Positions 19,864-29,497 of a stretch of DNA of 64,000 bases are shown here, in pieces. This DNA comes from a virus: IMG/VR virus record IMGVR_UViG_3300002835_000050, positions 50,551 to 114,550 of that record, one strand, 5' to 3'. The notes beneath the pieces are model-generated. The model ran no database searches and was not told the origin of the DNA. It worked only from the letters and a program-made list of their open reading frames with translations. How positions within the stretch are numbered: position 1 is the stretch's first letter; each line of letters opens with the position of its first letter. Position numbers and translations under genes: made by a program.

Positions 19864-20519
19864 TGTTTAGATATTAATGAATTTAACCAAAGTTTATTAC
19901 TTACTGGTTTTTTCCACATAATTGCAGCAAAATCAGTAATAGTCATATCTGACATAGGAGAATCCTCACCAGTAAGAATATCAGCTATTGAAATAGATGC
20001 AGTCTCTTCTTTTTTAGGAAATTCTTCTTCAAAATCAGGGAATAAACTACTCTGTAATTTTGGTAATTCTTCTTCTTTTGTTTTTGTTTCAGCATCTGCT
20101 TTTCTCTTTTCATAAAGAGCATGTGTAATCTCAGTTCCATCTTTTAGAACTGCACACATTTCAGATACAGGGACTGTATACAATACATAAGGTTCACCCT
20201 TATAATTTGTACCAGTTTTAGTTTCATATTCCTCTACATAGAAAGGATTGTACTTGTACTTAAATAATTGTCTATCCTCTGAAAATGGTATTACATTTGT
20301 AACAACATTATTTGCATCAGTAACATTATCATAGAACTCAACATAGATATCTTCTCCTTTACCCACTTCAGATTCAAAAAACTGAACATGTCTACCAAAC
20401 TTACCTTTTTGGAAAAAGGCTGTTTTGATAATAAAAAATGGGTCCGGGTTACCAATAGCTCTAAAGGTATCCATGTGTTGGACAAAAAATTCTTTTTCTT
20501 TTTCTTTTCTTACATTCAT
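19860..20519 (-). CDS. Hypothetical replication-module protein
   Basis: ORF between helicase and AAA_24; contains QSSLF. Confidence 0.7.
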   Translation of the reverse strand: MNVRKEKEKEFFVQHMDTFRAIGNPDPFFIIKTAFFQKGKFGRHVQFFESEVGKGEDIYVEFYDNVTDANNVVTNVIPFSEDRQLFKYKYNPFYVEEYETKTGTNYKGEPYVLYTVPVSEMCAVLKDGTEITHALYEKRKADAETKTKEEELPKLQSSLFPDFEEEFPKKEETASISIADILTGEDSPMSDMTITDFAAIMWKKPVSNKLWLNSLISKQ

Positions 20520-20528
20520 AATTGTTTT

Positions 20529-21530
20529 TTAAATTGACATTTTCTTTGTTGCTTGGGCAGGAGTGTCTATTTCAATAATTCTCATGGTAGTCCTATCTAG
20601 TTTAAAGAAACTAATTCTAGTTGTACCATTTCTTGACTTCAAAAAGTGAAACACCAACATGTCCTCATCATTGATAAGAAATCTTTCTGGACCATATTGT
20701 CTAATTTTTCTAATTGAAGGTTTGTTAATTCCCATAACTACATCAGCATGTTGCAATAAAGCATCTGAACCATAGATATCTGAATCAAGAATATAATTTC
20801 CATATTCACCATCCCGTTGTCTATCTGGTGCATCTATGTTTCTATTTAATTGGCTAAGAACTACAAAAGCAACTGGATATTTCTTTTTCATCATAGTGAG
20901 AGCTTCACCTAAGCTATTTAACATCTCAAATTTATCCTTTTGTCCTTTACCTACTCTAAATAGTGCAGAATGATCAATGCCAACAAGTAAGTTAGTATAA
21001 GTACCATCTTCTCTTTGGTTTTGCTCCATTTCATAATGAATTGTAGCACACATCTCATCTACTGTACATGCATCATAAACAACATTAATAAAATCACTAT
21101 TAGTGGTTTTATTATAATAGTCTACACATTTGTAGAATATTTTTTCATCTACGGGATGTCCCCCCTTACTCATAAGAGTATTGTAATCAGCACCTGTATT
21201 CAGACTTAATTTTCTTACCCCACTGGTTTCATCAACCATCTCCATCTGGAATTTAAGAACTCTAAATTCTTGGTCAGCATTGTGTTCAATAATATCACTA
21301 ATCAACTGTTCCATGAATAAAGTTTTCCCAGTACCGGGTCTAGCACCTACTATGGTGATAGTTCTCCATTCTAATCCATCACAAAAAGCATCATTAAATT
21401 TGGGCCATGCACTTTTAAGAGATTGTAACTCCCCTTTTCTTCTTGCTTTGATTTTTAAGATAGCTTTTCTTAAAGCATCTCTTTCACTAACAGGCTTTAG
21501 CGGCCTGGCTCCATTAAATAAATCTGCCAT
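20529..21530 (-). CDS. dnaB: Replicative DNA helicase, DnaB-like (motor domain only)
   Basis: GARPGTGKT, FQMEM, IDH, LSQLNR, QHAD, KSRNG. Confidence 0.9.
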   Translation of the reverse strand: MADLFNGARPLKPVSERDALRKAILKIKARRKGELQSLKSAWPKFNDAFCDGLEWRTITIVGARPGTGKTLFMEQLISDIIEHNADQEFRVLKFQMEMVDETSGVRKLSLNTGADYNTLMSKGGHPVDEKIFYKCVDYYNKTTNSDFINVVYDACTVDEMCATIHYEMEQNQREDGTYTNLLVGIDHSALFRVGKGQKDKFEMLNSLGEALTMMKKKYPVAFVVLSQLNRNIDAPDRQRDGEYGNYILDSDIYGSDALLQHADVVMGINKPSIRKIRQYGPERFLINDEDMLVFHFLKSRNGTTRISFFKLDRTTMRIIEIDTPAQATKKMSI

Positions 21531-21533
21531 AAT

Positions 21534-21716
21534 TTAATTGTTTAAAGTCTGGACTTTAGCTTTGTTGTACATATAATGTAGTATACTTATAATAACTTCT
21601 ATTGCTATATATTGACCTATTGTAACAGTTACAATAAATAAATCAACAATGAAGAAAGCTATAATACTACCTATAATTGCCCAAAAAGTTAAAATCACAT
21701 TTTTGCTGATTCTCAT
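21534..21716 (-). CDS. Small membrane protein
   Basis: Two hydrophobic segments. Confidence 0.6.
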   Translation of the reverse strand: MRISKNVILTFWAIIGSIIAFFIVDLFIVTVTIGQYIAIEVIISILHYMYNKAKVQTLNN

Positions 21717-22309
21717 TATACAATTCTCTCTTTAAAATAATTAGTATCCTCATCCAAAGAATTATTAACTTGATCACAGTATGTTGCTAAATCAGATTCA
21801 AAAGATTTATCTATGTTTTGCTTCCTGATAAAATATTGTGCAGTCCTCATAAACTCATAGTTCCTTACACTGTATTCATCAACATACTTTTCTGTGGCTG
21901 ACAAAATTGTTGGCCAATCATAATCAAAATTCTCAAAGAACCATCTAAAACTAACTTCAAGATTCTTGGCATTTACTCTAGCATATTTTCCAGAGGAGAG
22001 TTTCCTATTAGGGAATATTTCTACATACTCCTGGATTTTATCTGTAAAGTCCTGACCTAGTAATAATTGAGAAGTTTTTTTCTTGGTTTTTTTGAAGAAA
22101 CTATTAATTTCATCTATAAAGATAATACTTTTTGTTGTTAATTTCAAATCTTTGTCAAGCCATTTATCATTTTTTAACTTTGTAACCTCAAGACTTTTAC
22201 TAACAAAATTATTTGGTACAGTCTTTTCTTTTATACAATGTAATACATAATATGTATTGGGAGTTAAACCCTCTTGTATTAATCTGTTAAATATTTCTGT
22301 CATTACCAA
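21716..22309 (-). CDS. Hypothetical protein (possible initiator or helicase partner)
   Basis: ORF upstream of dnaB. Confidence 0.6.
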   Translation of the reverse strand: MVMTEIFNRLIQEGLTPNTYYVLHCIKEKTVPNNFVSKSLEVTKLKNDKWLDKDLKLTTKSIIFIDEINSFFKKTKKKTSQLLLGQDFTDKIQEYVEIFPNRKLSSGKYARVNAKNLEVSFRWFFENFDYDWPTILSATEKYVDEYSVRNYEFMRTAQYFIRKQNIDKSFESDLATYCDQVNNSLDEDTNYFKERIV

Positions 22310-23016
22310 ATAATTTTAGTGTTGTGTGTTTTTTCAACAAGATTGTTAACTTCATTGAATACATTTTGTGAATCCCAAGTTTTAGAACCTGCATATGCAG
22401 CACTAGCTGGATGACTCACATAAAATTTGTAGTTGTTTTCATTTACAGCATCAGACCAAGTCTTAGCTTCTTTACCCATATAAACATAAACTAAGCCGTT
22501 TACATTCCAAGTTAAATAATCAAACAAGTAAGCTAAGAAAGGCTGCCATATAGTATAATGTTGTCCTATTTTACTTACTGTAGTTGATAGAGCTGTATTA
22601 AGCATAAGTATACCTTGATTTGACCATCTAGTCAGATCAGGATTTAAAGATCCCGGATGTCCTTTGTAAACATGCCTGTTAATTTCTTCAAGCATATACT
22701 TAAGACTAGTCTCTGCTACATTAGTATTACCACAACTAAATGCAATACCATCAGCTACTTCAAATTGAGGATAGGGATCTTGTCCAAGAATAACTACTTT
22801 AAGTTCATCTATAGGACACTCTTCAAATGCTCTAAACATTTGACTTAACTTAGGTGTAAACCTTTTACCTTCTGATGATAATTTTGCTAATTCTTTAATA
22901 ATATTATCAAAGTCACTACTATATATAAAGCCTCTAAGTTTTATTGCCCAGCCAGATTTTTCTAGCCTTTGATAAAGTTTATTTTTAATATCTTCAAGAT
23001 CAAGTTGTTGTTTCAT
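22303..23016 (-). CDS. ung: Uracil-DNA glycosylase (family 1)
   Basis: VVILGQDPYP, GIAFS, QGILMLN, SHPAS; likely start MKQQLD. Confidence 0.9.
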   Translation of the reverse strand: MKQQLDLEDIKNKLYQRLEKSGWAIKLRGFIYSSDFDNIIKELAKLSSEGKRFTPKLSQMFRAFEECPIDELKVVILGQDPYPQFEVADGIAFSCGNTNVAETSLKYMLEEINRHVYKGHPGSLNPDLTRWSNQGILMLNTALSTTVSKIGQHYTIWQPFLAYLFDYLTWNVNGLVYVYMGKEAKTWSDAVNENNYKFYVSHPASAAYAGSKTWDSQNVFNEVNNLVEKTHNTKIIW

Positions 23017-23025
23017 ATTTTTTAT

Positions 23026-23044
23026 TAATTTTGTTACAAAGTTA
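23026..23044. promoter_or_regulatory. Face-to-face Bacteroidetes-type -7 elements serving divergent genes
   Basis: TAATTTTG (+, 23026-23033) and TAACTTTG (-, 23037-23044) match TAnnTTTG. Confidence 0.6.
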
Positions 23045-23049
23045 TAATT

Positions 23050-23355
23050 ATGGCGGTAAAAGTAAAAGAAATGAAAGATGATGCTATTCTTAGCATTCAG
23101 GTAAATAAAGGATATTACCAAATGGTAAAAGCATTATCATTCTATTTATTTATTCAGTTTAAAGGTGATAACAAAGAAGCTTATCTAAAAGAAGCAATTG
23201 AAAAAGGTTATGCAGATTTAGATGATTTACAAAAATCATTTTATACTGTTGCTTTATTGCTTGGTGAGATAGAAAAAACTGCAATTGCTGAAGGTTTAGT
23301 AGTAGAAAAAGAAATTCTTCAACCGGGAGATGAAGGTTATGTAGAACCTAAGTAA
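23050..23355 (+). CDS. Hypothetical protein
   Basis: Plus-strand ORF with its own promoter element. Confidence 0.65.
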   Translation: MAVKVKEMKDDAILSIQVNKGYYQMVKALSFYLFIQFKGDNKEAYLKEAIEKGYADLDDLQKSFYTVALLLGEIEKTAIAEGLVVEKEILQPGDEGYVEPK

Positions 23356-23725
23356 GGTTCATATTATAATTATCTCTTCCTATTGCAATACAAGCTTCAA
23401 TTGCTAAAGCTAACTCATCTTTGCTACAATCAGCAAATGATTTACATATTTGCGCATGTTCTGCCTCATAGCATAACCCAGATGATTCTTTAATTAATTG
23501 TTTCATTTCATTAAAGTTATATCCAGATTCTTTAGCTAATTCTCTTATACATGCATGCACTTTTGCTAGTTGAGCAACTGATGCATTCTCTGATGTTAAG
23601 CCAATAAACATCTCAACTTCTTGGCCTTCAGATAATTTATCTAAAAATAATTGATAATTTAACTTGGATTTATCATTAGGATAACTTAACTTTCCATCCT
23701 GTTTGATTAGTTTTACAGTAAACAT
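23348..23725 (-). CDS. NinB/Orf-like protein
   Basis: QLAKVHACIRELAKESG...KSFADCSKDEL...IE. Confidence 0.5.
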   Translation of the reverse strand: MFTVKLIKQDGKLSYPNDKSKLNYQLFLDKLSEGQEVEMFIGLTSENASVAQLAKVHACIRELAKESGYNFNEMKQLIKESSGLCYEAEHAQICKSFADCSKDELALAIEACIAIGRDNYNMNLT

Positions 23726-23766
23726 GTTGATTATTTTTTGTATATTAATAATAGATTGATTAAAAT

Positions 23767-24783
23767 ATGGCAGATAAAAGTAATAGAGATAAAGATACTG
23801 ATATAATACTAGAGTATCTTTCTAATTTTCCAAATGCACCATCTCTAACCTTAGCTAGAAAAATATATGCGGAACACCCAACCTTTTATTCTTTTGAAAG
23901 GGTGTACAATAAAGTTAGGTATTACAGAGGTCAAATGGGACCAAAGCACAGAAAAAGATTAAAAGATAAAACACATCAACAAGAACTTAAAGTAGAATTT
24001 ACTATGAAAGAAAAATTCTTACCTGAGTCTTATGCTAGTAAGCGTGATACTTTTGTATTTCCTACGGGAACCAAATCAGTAGGCATCATCGGAGATGTTC
24101 ATATTCCTTACCAAGATAATGATGCTATAGAAGTAGCATTTGCTAAAATGGAAGAAGAAAAGATTGAATCTTTATTCATCAATGGTGACTTATTAGACTT
24201 CTATCAGCTTTCATTTCATGAGAAAGATCCAAGAATGGTTCATTTCAAACAAGAAATAGAAGCAGGAAGACAGTTCTTAGACTATTGTAGATCTAGATTC
24301 CCAAGTATCCCAATTTATCTAATTCCGGGTAACCATGAAAATAGATTTGAAAGATACCTTAGAGTTAAAGCATCAGAACTAATAGACATGGATGAATTTA
24401 GACTTGATGTCTTATTACATGTTGCAGAATATGGTGTACAATATATTCCATTTAGATCTAAAGTTGTCTTTGGTGACTTCTTAATAGAACATGGAGATAA
24501 AATTCCAGGTGCAGGTGGTGTAGTACCAGCCCGTACAGCTCTAATGAAATTAAAAACTAACTGTCTTATCAATCACTTTCACAAAACTAGTTCTAGTATT
24601 CAAAGAGTCTATGGACCAGGAGATTCAACAATTATCCGTGGTTATAGCCTTGGATGTTTATGTGAGCTTACTCCTGAGTATTTAGAGATTAATGAATGGA
24701 ACCATGGTTTTGCTATATTAAAGAAAGTAGGTGGTCAAGTTCAAGTTAATAATTATAAGATAGAAGGTAATCAAATAGTCTAA
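23767..24783 (+). CDS. Calcineurin-like metallophosphoesterase
   Basis: GDVH, NGDLLD, GNHE, HG, NHFH motifs. Confidence 0.85.
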   Translation: MADKSNRDKDTDIILEYLSNFPNAPSLTLARKIYAEHPTFYSFERVYNKVRYYRGQMGPKHRKRLKDKTHQQELKVEFTMKEKFLPESYASKRDTFVFPTGTKSVGIIGDVHIPYQDNDAIEVAFAKMEEEKIESLFINGDLLDFYQLSFHEKDPRMVHFKQEIEAGRQFLDYCRSRFPSIPIYLIPGNHENRFERYLRVKASELIDMDEFRLDVLLHVAEYGVQYIPFRSKVVFGDFLIEHGDKIPGAGGVVPARTALMKLKTNCLINHFHKTSSSIQRVYGPGDSTIIRGYSLGCLCELTPEYLEINEWNHGFAILKKVGGQVQVNNYKIEGNQIV

Positions 24784-25073
24784 TGTTTTTAGCAATAGAA
24801 TTTACAGATAAAGATGGTTCTTATATTGAGCATCTTAATGTTACTCATATAACTAGAATATCATTTGTTAATGCAATGAATTCTGATGCAGGAACTAAGA
24901 TCCATTTAAGAACAGGTGAAGTTTTAACAACACCTGCTCCTATGGATTTAATTTCTCAAAAGATTGATGAGTGCTGGAAATCAGCAGCTACATTAGTTAT
25001 CTTTAATATTCTTGCTGAAAAGGCTAAACTGCGTTCTGATGCGGACAATGAAGGATCTCTAGAAACTGAATAA
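24783..25073 (+). CDS. Hypothetical protein
   Basis: Coupled (TAATG) to the phosphoesterase gene. Confidence 0.65.
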   Translation: MFLAIEFTDKDGSYIEHLNVTHITRISFVNAMNSDAGTKIHLRTGEVLTTPAPMDLISQKIDECWKSAATLVIFNILAEKAKLRSDADNEGSLETE

Positions 25074-25287
25074 CTTGTTCTTTATCAGATATTTTGAAGT
25101 TAAGTGGCCAGTCTAGGTTATAAATAAACCACTGGTCATCTTTTACTTCATCACTATCTACGGAACTTAATGTTAAATTATCAAATACTTCAAGATTATA
25201 ATAATGATAATCATATCCATTTTGACTTTCTGAGTCATTGATATCTACTTTGATAAAGCCTAAATCAATTAAATCTTGTTCTGTCAT
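25024..25287 (-). CDS. Hypothetical protein
   Basis: MTEQDLIDLGF-type small phage protein. Confidence 0.65.
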   Translation of the reverse strand: MTEQDLIDLGFIKVDINDSESQNGYDYHYYNLEVFDNLTLSSVDSDEVKDDQWFIYNLDWPLNFKISDKEQVIQFLEILHCPHQNAV

Positions 25288-25289
25288 AA

Positions 25290-25874
25290 CTATTTATTAA
25301 AAGTTGCTATAAATAATTCTTTAGATAACACAGTATGTGGGTAGTCCTTTACAATTTCACTAAGTCTTACACTTGCTGGACCTATACCCCATTCTCCATG
25401 TTCTTCTATTCTTTTCTTTCTCATATTAACTATAGAAAGATACACAAGGTTTAAATTATCAATATCTTTAGACTGCATCATGTTAGACATATTACGCGCT
25501 TCATCTTCAGTTATATAATCTAATACTTTCAGTAATTGGATCTCTGCTAATAAAATAAAAGGCCGGTAATCACCAGCCTTTGTACCATGATTATAGAGAT
25601 GCCATAAATAATGTAAATTTTGATCTACATCTTTAGTCATATAAAAATGTTCTTTAACAATTACATTAACTAAATGTTTAATCTCAGGAATTTTAATGTA
25701 AATATCTTTATATTCCATATATAATTCAAAATCTTCACTTTCTAAATATCTATAATAACCTTTTTTACAAAGCATAGCTGCCTGGTTTTCTGTATAACCA
25801 GGATACCATTTTGTTAAAAAAGTTTCTATAGGTCTATTTGATAAATGTCTTTTTACTCCATAATTAACTCCCAT
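25290..25874 (-). CDS. Hypothetical protein with MMxSxDxDN motif
   Basis: Motif at 25431-25514. Confidence 0.65.
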   Translation of the reverse strand: MGVNYGVKRHLSNRPIETFLTKWYPGYTENQAAMLCKKGYYRYLESEDFELYMEYKDIYIKIPEIKHLVNVIVKEHFYMTKDVDQNLHYLWHLYNHGTKAGDYRPFILLAEIQLLKVLDYITEDEARNMSNMMQSKDIDNLNLVYLSIVNMRKKRIEEHGEWGIGPASVRLSEIVKDYPHTVLSKELFIATFNK

Positions 25875-25920
25875 AAGTTGTTTTAAAATTCTAACTCTTC
25901 CTAACCAACTCTTTATCTTA

Positions 25921-26100
25921 TTACTTAAGGAAGTTTATGTATGCTTGAGCTTTTCTTTTAGAATCATATACTATTACATTACCTGTGTCATCTTTGACAT
26001 CACTCCAGAAAAATAAGAAAGCCTTCTTTCTTACTGTGTACTTGATTAATCCATCATTTTGGATTTCTTCTACTTTGTAGTTTTCTTTTTTTGCATTCAT
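25921..26100 (-). CDS. Hypothetical protein (59 aa)
   Basis: Translated by hand: MNAKKENYKVEE...AQAYINFLK. Confidence 0.6.
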   Translation of the reverse strand: MNAKKENYKVEEIQNDGLIKYTVRKKAFLFFWSDVKDDTGNVIVYDSKRKAQAYINFLK

Positions 26101-26101
26101 T

Positions 26102-26320
26102 TTACTCTAGGTTTAAATTATACTCTTCTAATATATCTCTAAGTTTTTCTCTGACTGTCTCATAAGCTGCAGGATCTTCATTATCTGGACAATATTTAAT
26201 TTTGCCTCTTAGATATTGATCTAAATCCCAAGCCAATGTCTTCCATCTACCAGCATCTAAAGCTGTTCTAGCTTCTTCTGCTTCTTCATTAGAATCAAAT
26301 GTCAGTGTTATCTTTCCCAT
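26102..26320 (-). CDS. Conserved small phage protein
   Basis: WDLDQYLRGKIKY. Confidence 0.7.
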   Translation of the reverse strand: MGKITLTFDSNEEAEEARTALDAGRWKTLAWDLDQYLRGKIKYCPDNEDPAAYETVREKLRDILEEYNLNLE

Positions 26321-26519
26321 TAGTTATATCTTTTAGTTGATTCCATATGGCTTCAGCATTATCACCCCAGTACATTTCACAAGTAAACTTACCATCTTCT
26401 ATTTTACCAGGAGCTTCTGTAAAATAACTTTGTGCTATAAGACTTTTAGGAGCTGTAAACCTATAACATTTTTCTTTAACCGGACAATCTTGTCCTGAAC
26501 ACATGGATATATCAGCCAT
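26295..26519 (-). CDS. Small Cys-containing phage protein
   Basis: MADISMC...CPVKEKCYRF...QSYF...CEMYW. Confidence 0.7.
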   Translation of the reverse strand: MADISMCSGQDCPVKEKCYRFTAPKSLIAQSYFTEAPGKIEDGKFTCEMYWGDNAEAIWNQLKDITNGKDNTDI

Positions 26520-26525
26520 AATAAA

Positions 26526-26981
26526 TTATTTTAAAAATTGATAAGCCCTAGTACTTTCATCTAAACTAAAGAAGTAAGTATCTCCACTCATATCTATCAT
26601 CATATAATCAGATGCTAAGAAACTTGTTAAGAATGCAGCATCATCTTTAATATTATTTTTTACAATAGCCATTTTAAGACCTTCTGTAACTCTACCATAA
26701 GTAGTGTATTCAGTTATTCTATCTCCTTTTTTAAAAGTAATAACAAAAGTAGCATCCCCACTGTTCCCAAATTGGTAACCTTCTAACAGACTCAAAAATA
26801 AAACTATTTTATTATCTGACTTAGCTAATGATATAGCACCATCATTATCTGGATACTTAAATATAACAGTTCTAAAATCACCATCTTGTTTAAGATAGAT
26901 ATTATCTCCTATTACTGTTGTTTCTTGTGCAAAAGTTGTTAAACTTAATAACAATGTTAATGCAAATATAATCTTTTTCAT
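26526..26981 (-). CDS. Secreted protein (Sec/SPI signal, Gln at +1)
   Basis: MKKIIFALTLLLSLTTFA-Q; Bacteroidetes Q-rule. Confidence 0.7.
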   Translation of the reverse strand: MKKIIFALTLLLSLTTFAQETTVIGDNIYLKQDGDFRTVIFKYPDNDGAISLAKSDNKIVLFLSLLEGYQFGNSGDATFVITFKKGDRITEYTTYGRVTEGLKMAIVKNNIKDDAAFLTSFLASDYMMIDMSGDTYFFSLDESTRAYQFLK

Positions 26982-27184
26982 AATTCTTTAGTTTTTTCTT
27001 GTTTATATTCTTTATAATTAATCCAGAAACCAATTGCTACTATGATATTCATACCAAAGGAAGCAATTATTTCCATAACATCTTCATACACAGTGGTCAT
27101 TAAATGAATATGACCAATAGTCCAGAATGGTATAGCCAAGTTTTGACTAATCCATACTATAGTAAATTTAAGAAAATGTTTCAT
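26978..27184 (-). CDS. Small membrane protein
   Basis: Two hydrophobic helices. Confidence 0.65.
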   Translation of the reverse strand: MKHFLKFTIVWISQNLAIPFWTIGHIHLMTTVYEDVMEIIASFGMNIIVAIGFWINYKEYKQEKTKEL

Positions 27185-27359
27185 TATAGTATTGTTCCGC
27201 TTTTAATCTTTGTAATGGATTATCTTCAGCAATCCAAGCATCAATAATCTGTTGCTTTTCCATTTCTTTGGCTTGTTGAATTATTTCTATTTGATTTAGA
27301 GTTGGATATTTTAACTCAAATAATTGTTCTGCTAACCATTCTACTGCTGTTTGTTTCAT
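27168..27359 (-). CDS. MKQTAVEWL-family small phage protein
   Basis: MKQTAVEWL...AKEMEKQQIIDA...EQYYNETF. Confidence 0.75.
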   Translation of the reverse strand: MKQTAVEWLAEQLFELKYPTLNQIEIIQQAKEMEKQQIIDAWIAEDNPLQRLKAEQYYNETFS

Positions 27360-27589
27360 TGTTCTTGTTGTTTAGTTATACTTTTCTGTTGTTCAATTGT
27401 TATACTTTTATGTTTCATTGTTCTTGTTGTTGATTATATTTTTTCATAAATTCAGTATCTTCACTAGGTAATGACATTCCTAATTCTACGTATTGGTCAA
27501 CAATATAGGATTCTTCATTACACCAAGTACATCCATGGTGACTCATTCTACTTCCACAATTTTCACATTCTTTCATTGTTCTTTTTGTT
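27352..27589 (-). repeat. Gene-junction direct repeats AACAAMAAGAACAATGAAA (3 copies)
   Basis: Identical 21-mers at 27352-27372 and 27411-27431; copy with 1 mismatch in 19 nt at 27571-27589; each contains an ATGA stop/start overlap. Confidence 0.85.
27415..27576 (-). CDS. Small zinc-finger protein (53 aa)
   Basis: MKECENCG...GCTWCN...QQQEQ; bounded by junction repeats. Confidence 0.65.
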   Translation of the reverse strand: MKECENCGSRMSHHGCTWCNEESYIVDQYVELGMSLPSEDTEFMKKYNQQQEQ

Positions 27590-27794
27590 TAAAGTAAGTA
27601 CTCCATTTCTTTTCATGAGATTCTTTGACAACTACAGCATCCAGTATATCCATATTCCCATCTTTTTCAGTAAGCTTTAATAATGTTGAGTGTATTAAGT
27701 CTACTGTAACATAATCTACAGCCAAACCAGCCATGTTTAATGCAACTAACATCAAATGCTGTTTTTCTTCATAATCAGATATTTCAACTTTCAT
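27573..27794 (-). CDS. Hypothetical protein
   Basis: ORF ending FKQKEQ. Confidence 0.6.
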   Translation of the reverse strand: MKVEISDYEEKQHLMLVALNMAGLAVDYVTVDLIHSTLLKLTEKDGNMDILDAVVVKESHEKKWSTYFKQKEQ

Positions 27795-27795
27795 A

Positions 27796-28002
27796 CTACT
27801 CCTTTTTTAATTCTTCTTCAAGTAAAAATTTATAATGTAAAGGCAAATACATGCTAAATGTATCAAACATATCCATAACTTCTTTTTTACTATACATTCT
27901 TTCAGCTTGATATTTAACACCTTCTATAAAAGCATCAACTTGTTCAAGATCATATATTGAATCACCATATCTCCTTTTAGCTTCTTTAATATGTTCTTCC
28001 AT
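27796..28002 (-). CDS. Hypothetical protein (QAERMYS family)
   Basis: Likely start MEEHIKE. Confidence 0.6.
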   Translation of the reverse strand: MEEHIKEAKRRYGDSIYDLEQVDAFIEGVKYQAERMYSKKEVMDMFDTFSMYLPLHYKFLLEEELKKE

Positions 28003-28003
28003 C

Positions 28004-28642
28004 TTATTTCTTTTTAAATTGTTCAAGCCATTGTTTAAAATTTTTCCAAGTAAAATAATATTCTTGATGAAGCATACTTCCTCTCATATAACCCTTTTTA
28101 CCTGCTTCAAAAGATAATTTCATATCTTCCTCACTATACACCCTTTCTTCATACCGTATAGTACCATAAATAGTTGTTTTTTGTTTAGGCTCTTCTTTTG
28201 GAATGATGATTTTGTAATTATCAAACCAATGATTTTGGTATATATTTCCTGATTCATAAGGTAGTTTATAAGGTTCATTTAAAACATCAACCTTCTCACA
28301 ACTCGGATTCTTAACAAACCATTCTAAGAAATCATCATCAATAGCCTGTACACTATCTTTGATTAAATCTTGGTCTGTTGTTAGGATGATTCTTTTGCAG
28401 AAATGTGGATTTGGCTTAAAGGTATGTTTGGTTATAATATGAACATCTCCTACTGGGTCTCTATGATAAAAAGCCCCACTATTAAATATAGAACTATCGT
28501 AAGGTAATTTTTCATCAGAAGTGATGTAGATATTTTGGGCATGTAATTCATTAGCCTCTTTATCTAATACTAATTCACCATTAATAGTGTTTATCCACAA
28601 TCTACTTGGCTTATCTGTTGGTATTACATGTATGTTTTTCAT
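28004..28642 (-). CDS. MKNIHVIPTDKPSRL-family phage protein
   Basis: IILTTDQDLIKD.VQAIDD.FLEWFVKNPSCE. Confidence 0.7.
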   Translation of the reverse strand: MKNIHVIPTDKPSRLWINTINGELVLDKEANELHAQNIYITSDEKLPYDSSIFNSGAFYHRDPVGDVHIITKHTFKPNPHFCKRIILTTDQDLIKDSVQAIDDDFLEWFVKNPSCEKVDVLNEPYKLPYESGNIYQNHWFDNYKIIIPKEEPKQKTTIYGTIRYEERVYSEEDMKLSFEAGKKGYMRGSMLHQEYYFTWKNFKQWLEQFKKK

Positions 28643-28953
28643 ATCAAATCTTTTAAAAGGTTATGTTTTCTAGTTCTATGTCTTTTCATAGTTTCATTCC
28701 ATTCTTTACCTCCTTTATAATAAACTTTAGAACCTCCACGGGCAGCTCTATTCTCTAAATCCCTTTCTTTTTTCTTAGGGTCTTGTATAAAAGTTATAAG
28801 TCTTCTGGAAACTTTAAACATAGCAGCTATTTTTCTTTGACTAAGTCCTTGTTGAGTCCAATATAAAACCATTTCTCTTTGACAAGGTAATAGTTTAACT
28901 CTTTTATCTAAAAAAGGAGAATCAAGCTTTAACTTTTCAGTTTTATAAGGCAT
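28639..28953 (-). CDS. HTH DNA-binding protein
   Basis: GLSQRKIAAMFKVSRRLITFI. Confidence 0.65.
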   Translation of the reverse strand: MPYKTEKLKLDSPFLDKRVKLLPCQREMVLYWTQQGLSQRKIAAMFKVSRRLITFIQDPKKKERDLENRAARGGSKVYYKGGKEWNETMKRHRTRKHNLLKDLI

Positions 28954-29486
28954 TATATCTTTTTAAGTATTAAACATCCTTCTGAGTCTAGTTTAGGCTT
29001 ATCTCCAGGTATACAAACACCTTTTTTGTCTATACCATCACAGTTAGGATCAAGACATTCCATCTCAATCTCAACTTCAATTTCTGTTGGTTGTTGGAGG
29101 GATTGGATAATTTGATTTCCTTCTTGAAAATCTAAGTCTTGATGATAAGGATAACCTCTTATAAAAGAATCTGCTAATTTATGTAAAGATTTTAGAAGAT
29201 CTTTCTCACTAAACTTTTTATCTTCTAACAACTCTAAAGCTTTTTTGAACCCTTCAATATATGAAGAACTGAACCCGTAGAAGTTACCTACTTTTGAAGT
29301 AAATTCTTTACTTAATTCAGCATTTGCATAATTAACAGCCAACTCTTCCAAGTCATACCCACGTTCAATTGCTTGACAGTTTTTAATAGATAGCTTTTGA
29401 AACCAATCAAGTGATGATGCAATTTTAGAATCATCTTCACCGTATAAATCCCACCTATTTAATCTTTTTACTAATTTGCCTTTCAT
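28953..29486 (-). CDS. Hypothetical phage protein
   Basis: Ends PKLDSEGCLILKKI. Confidence 0.65.
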   Translation of the reverse strand: MKGKLVKRLNRWDLYGEDDSKIASSLDWFQKLSIKNCQAIERGYDLEELAVNYANAELSKEFTSKVGNFYGFSSSYIEGFKKALELLEDKKFSEKDLLKSLHKLADSFIRGYPYHQDLDFQEGNQIIQSLQQPTEIEVEIEMECLDPNCDGIDKKGVCIPGDKPKLDSEGCLILKKI

Positions 29487-29497
29487 ATTATTCTAAG

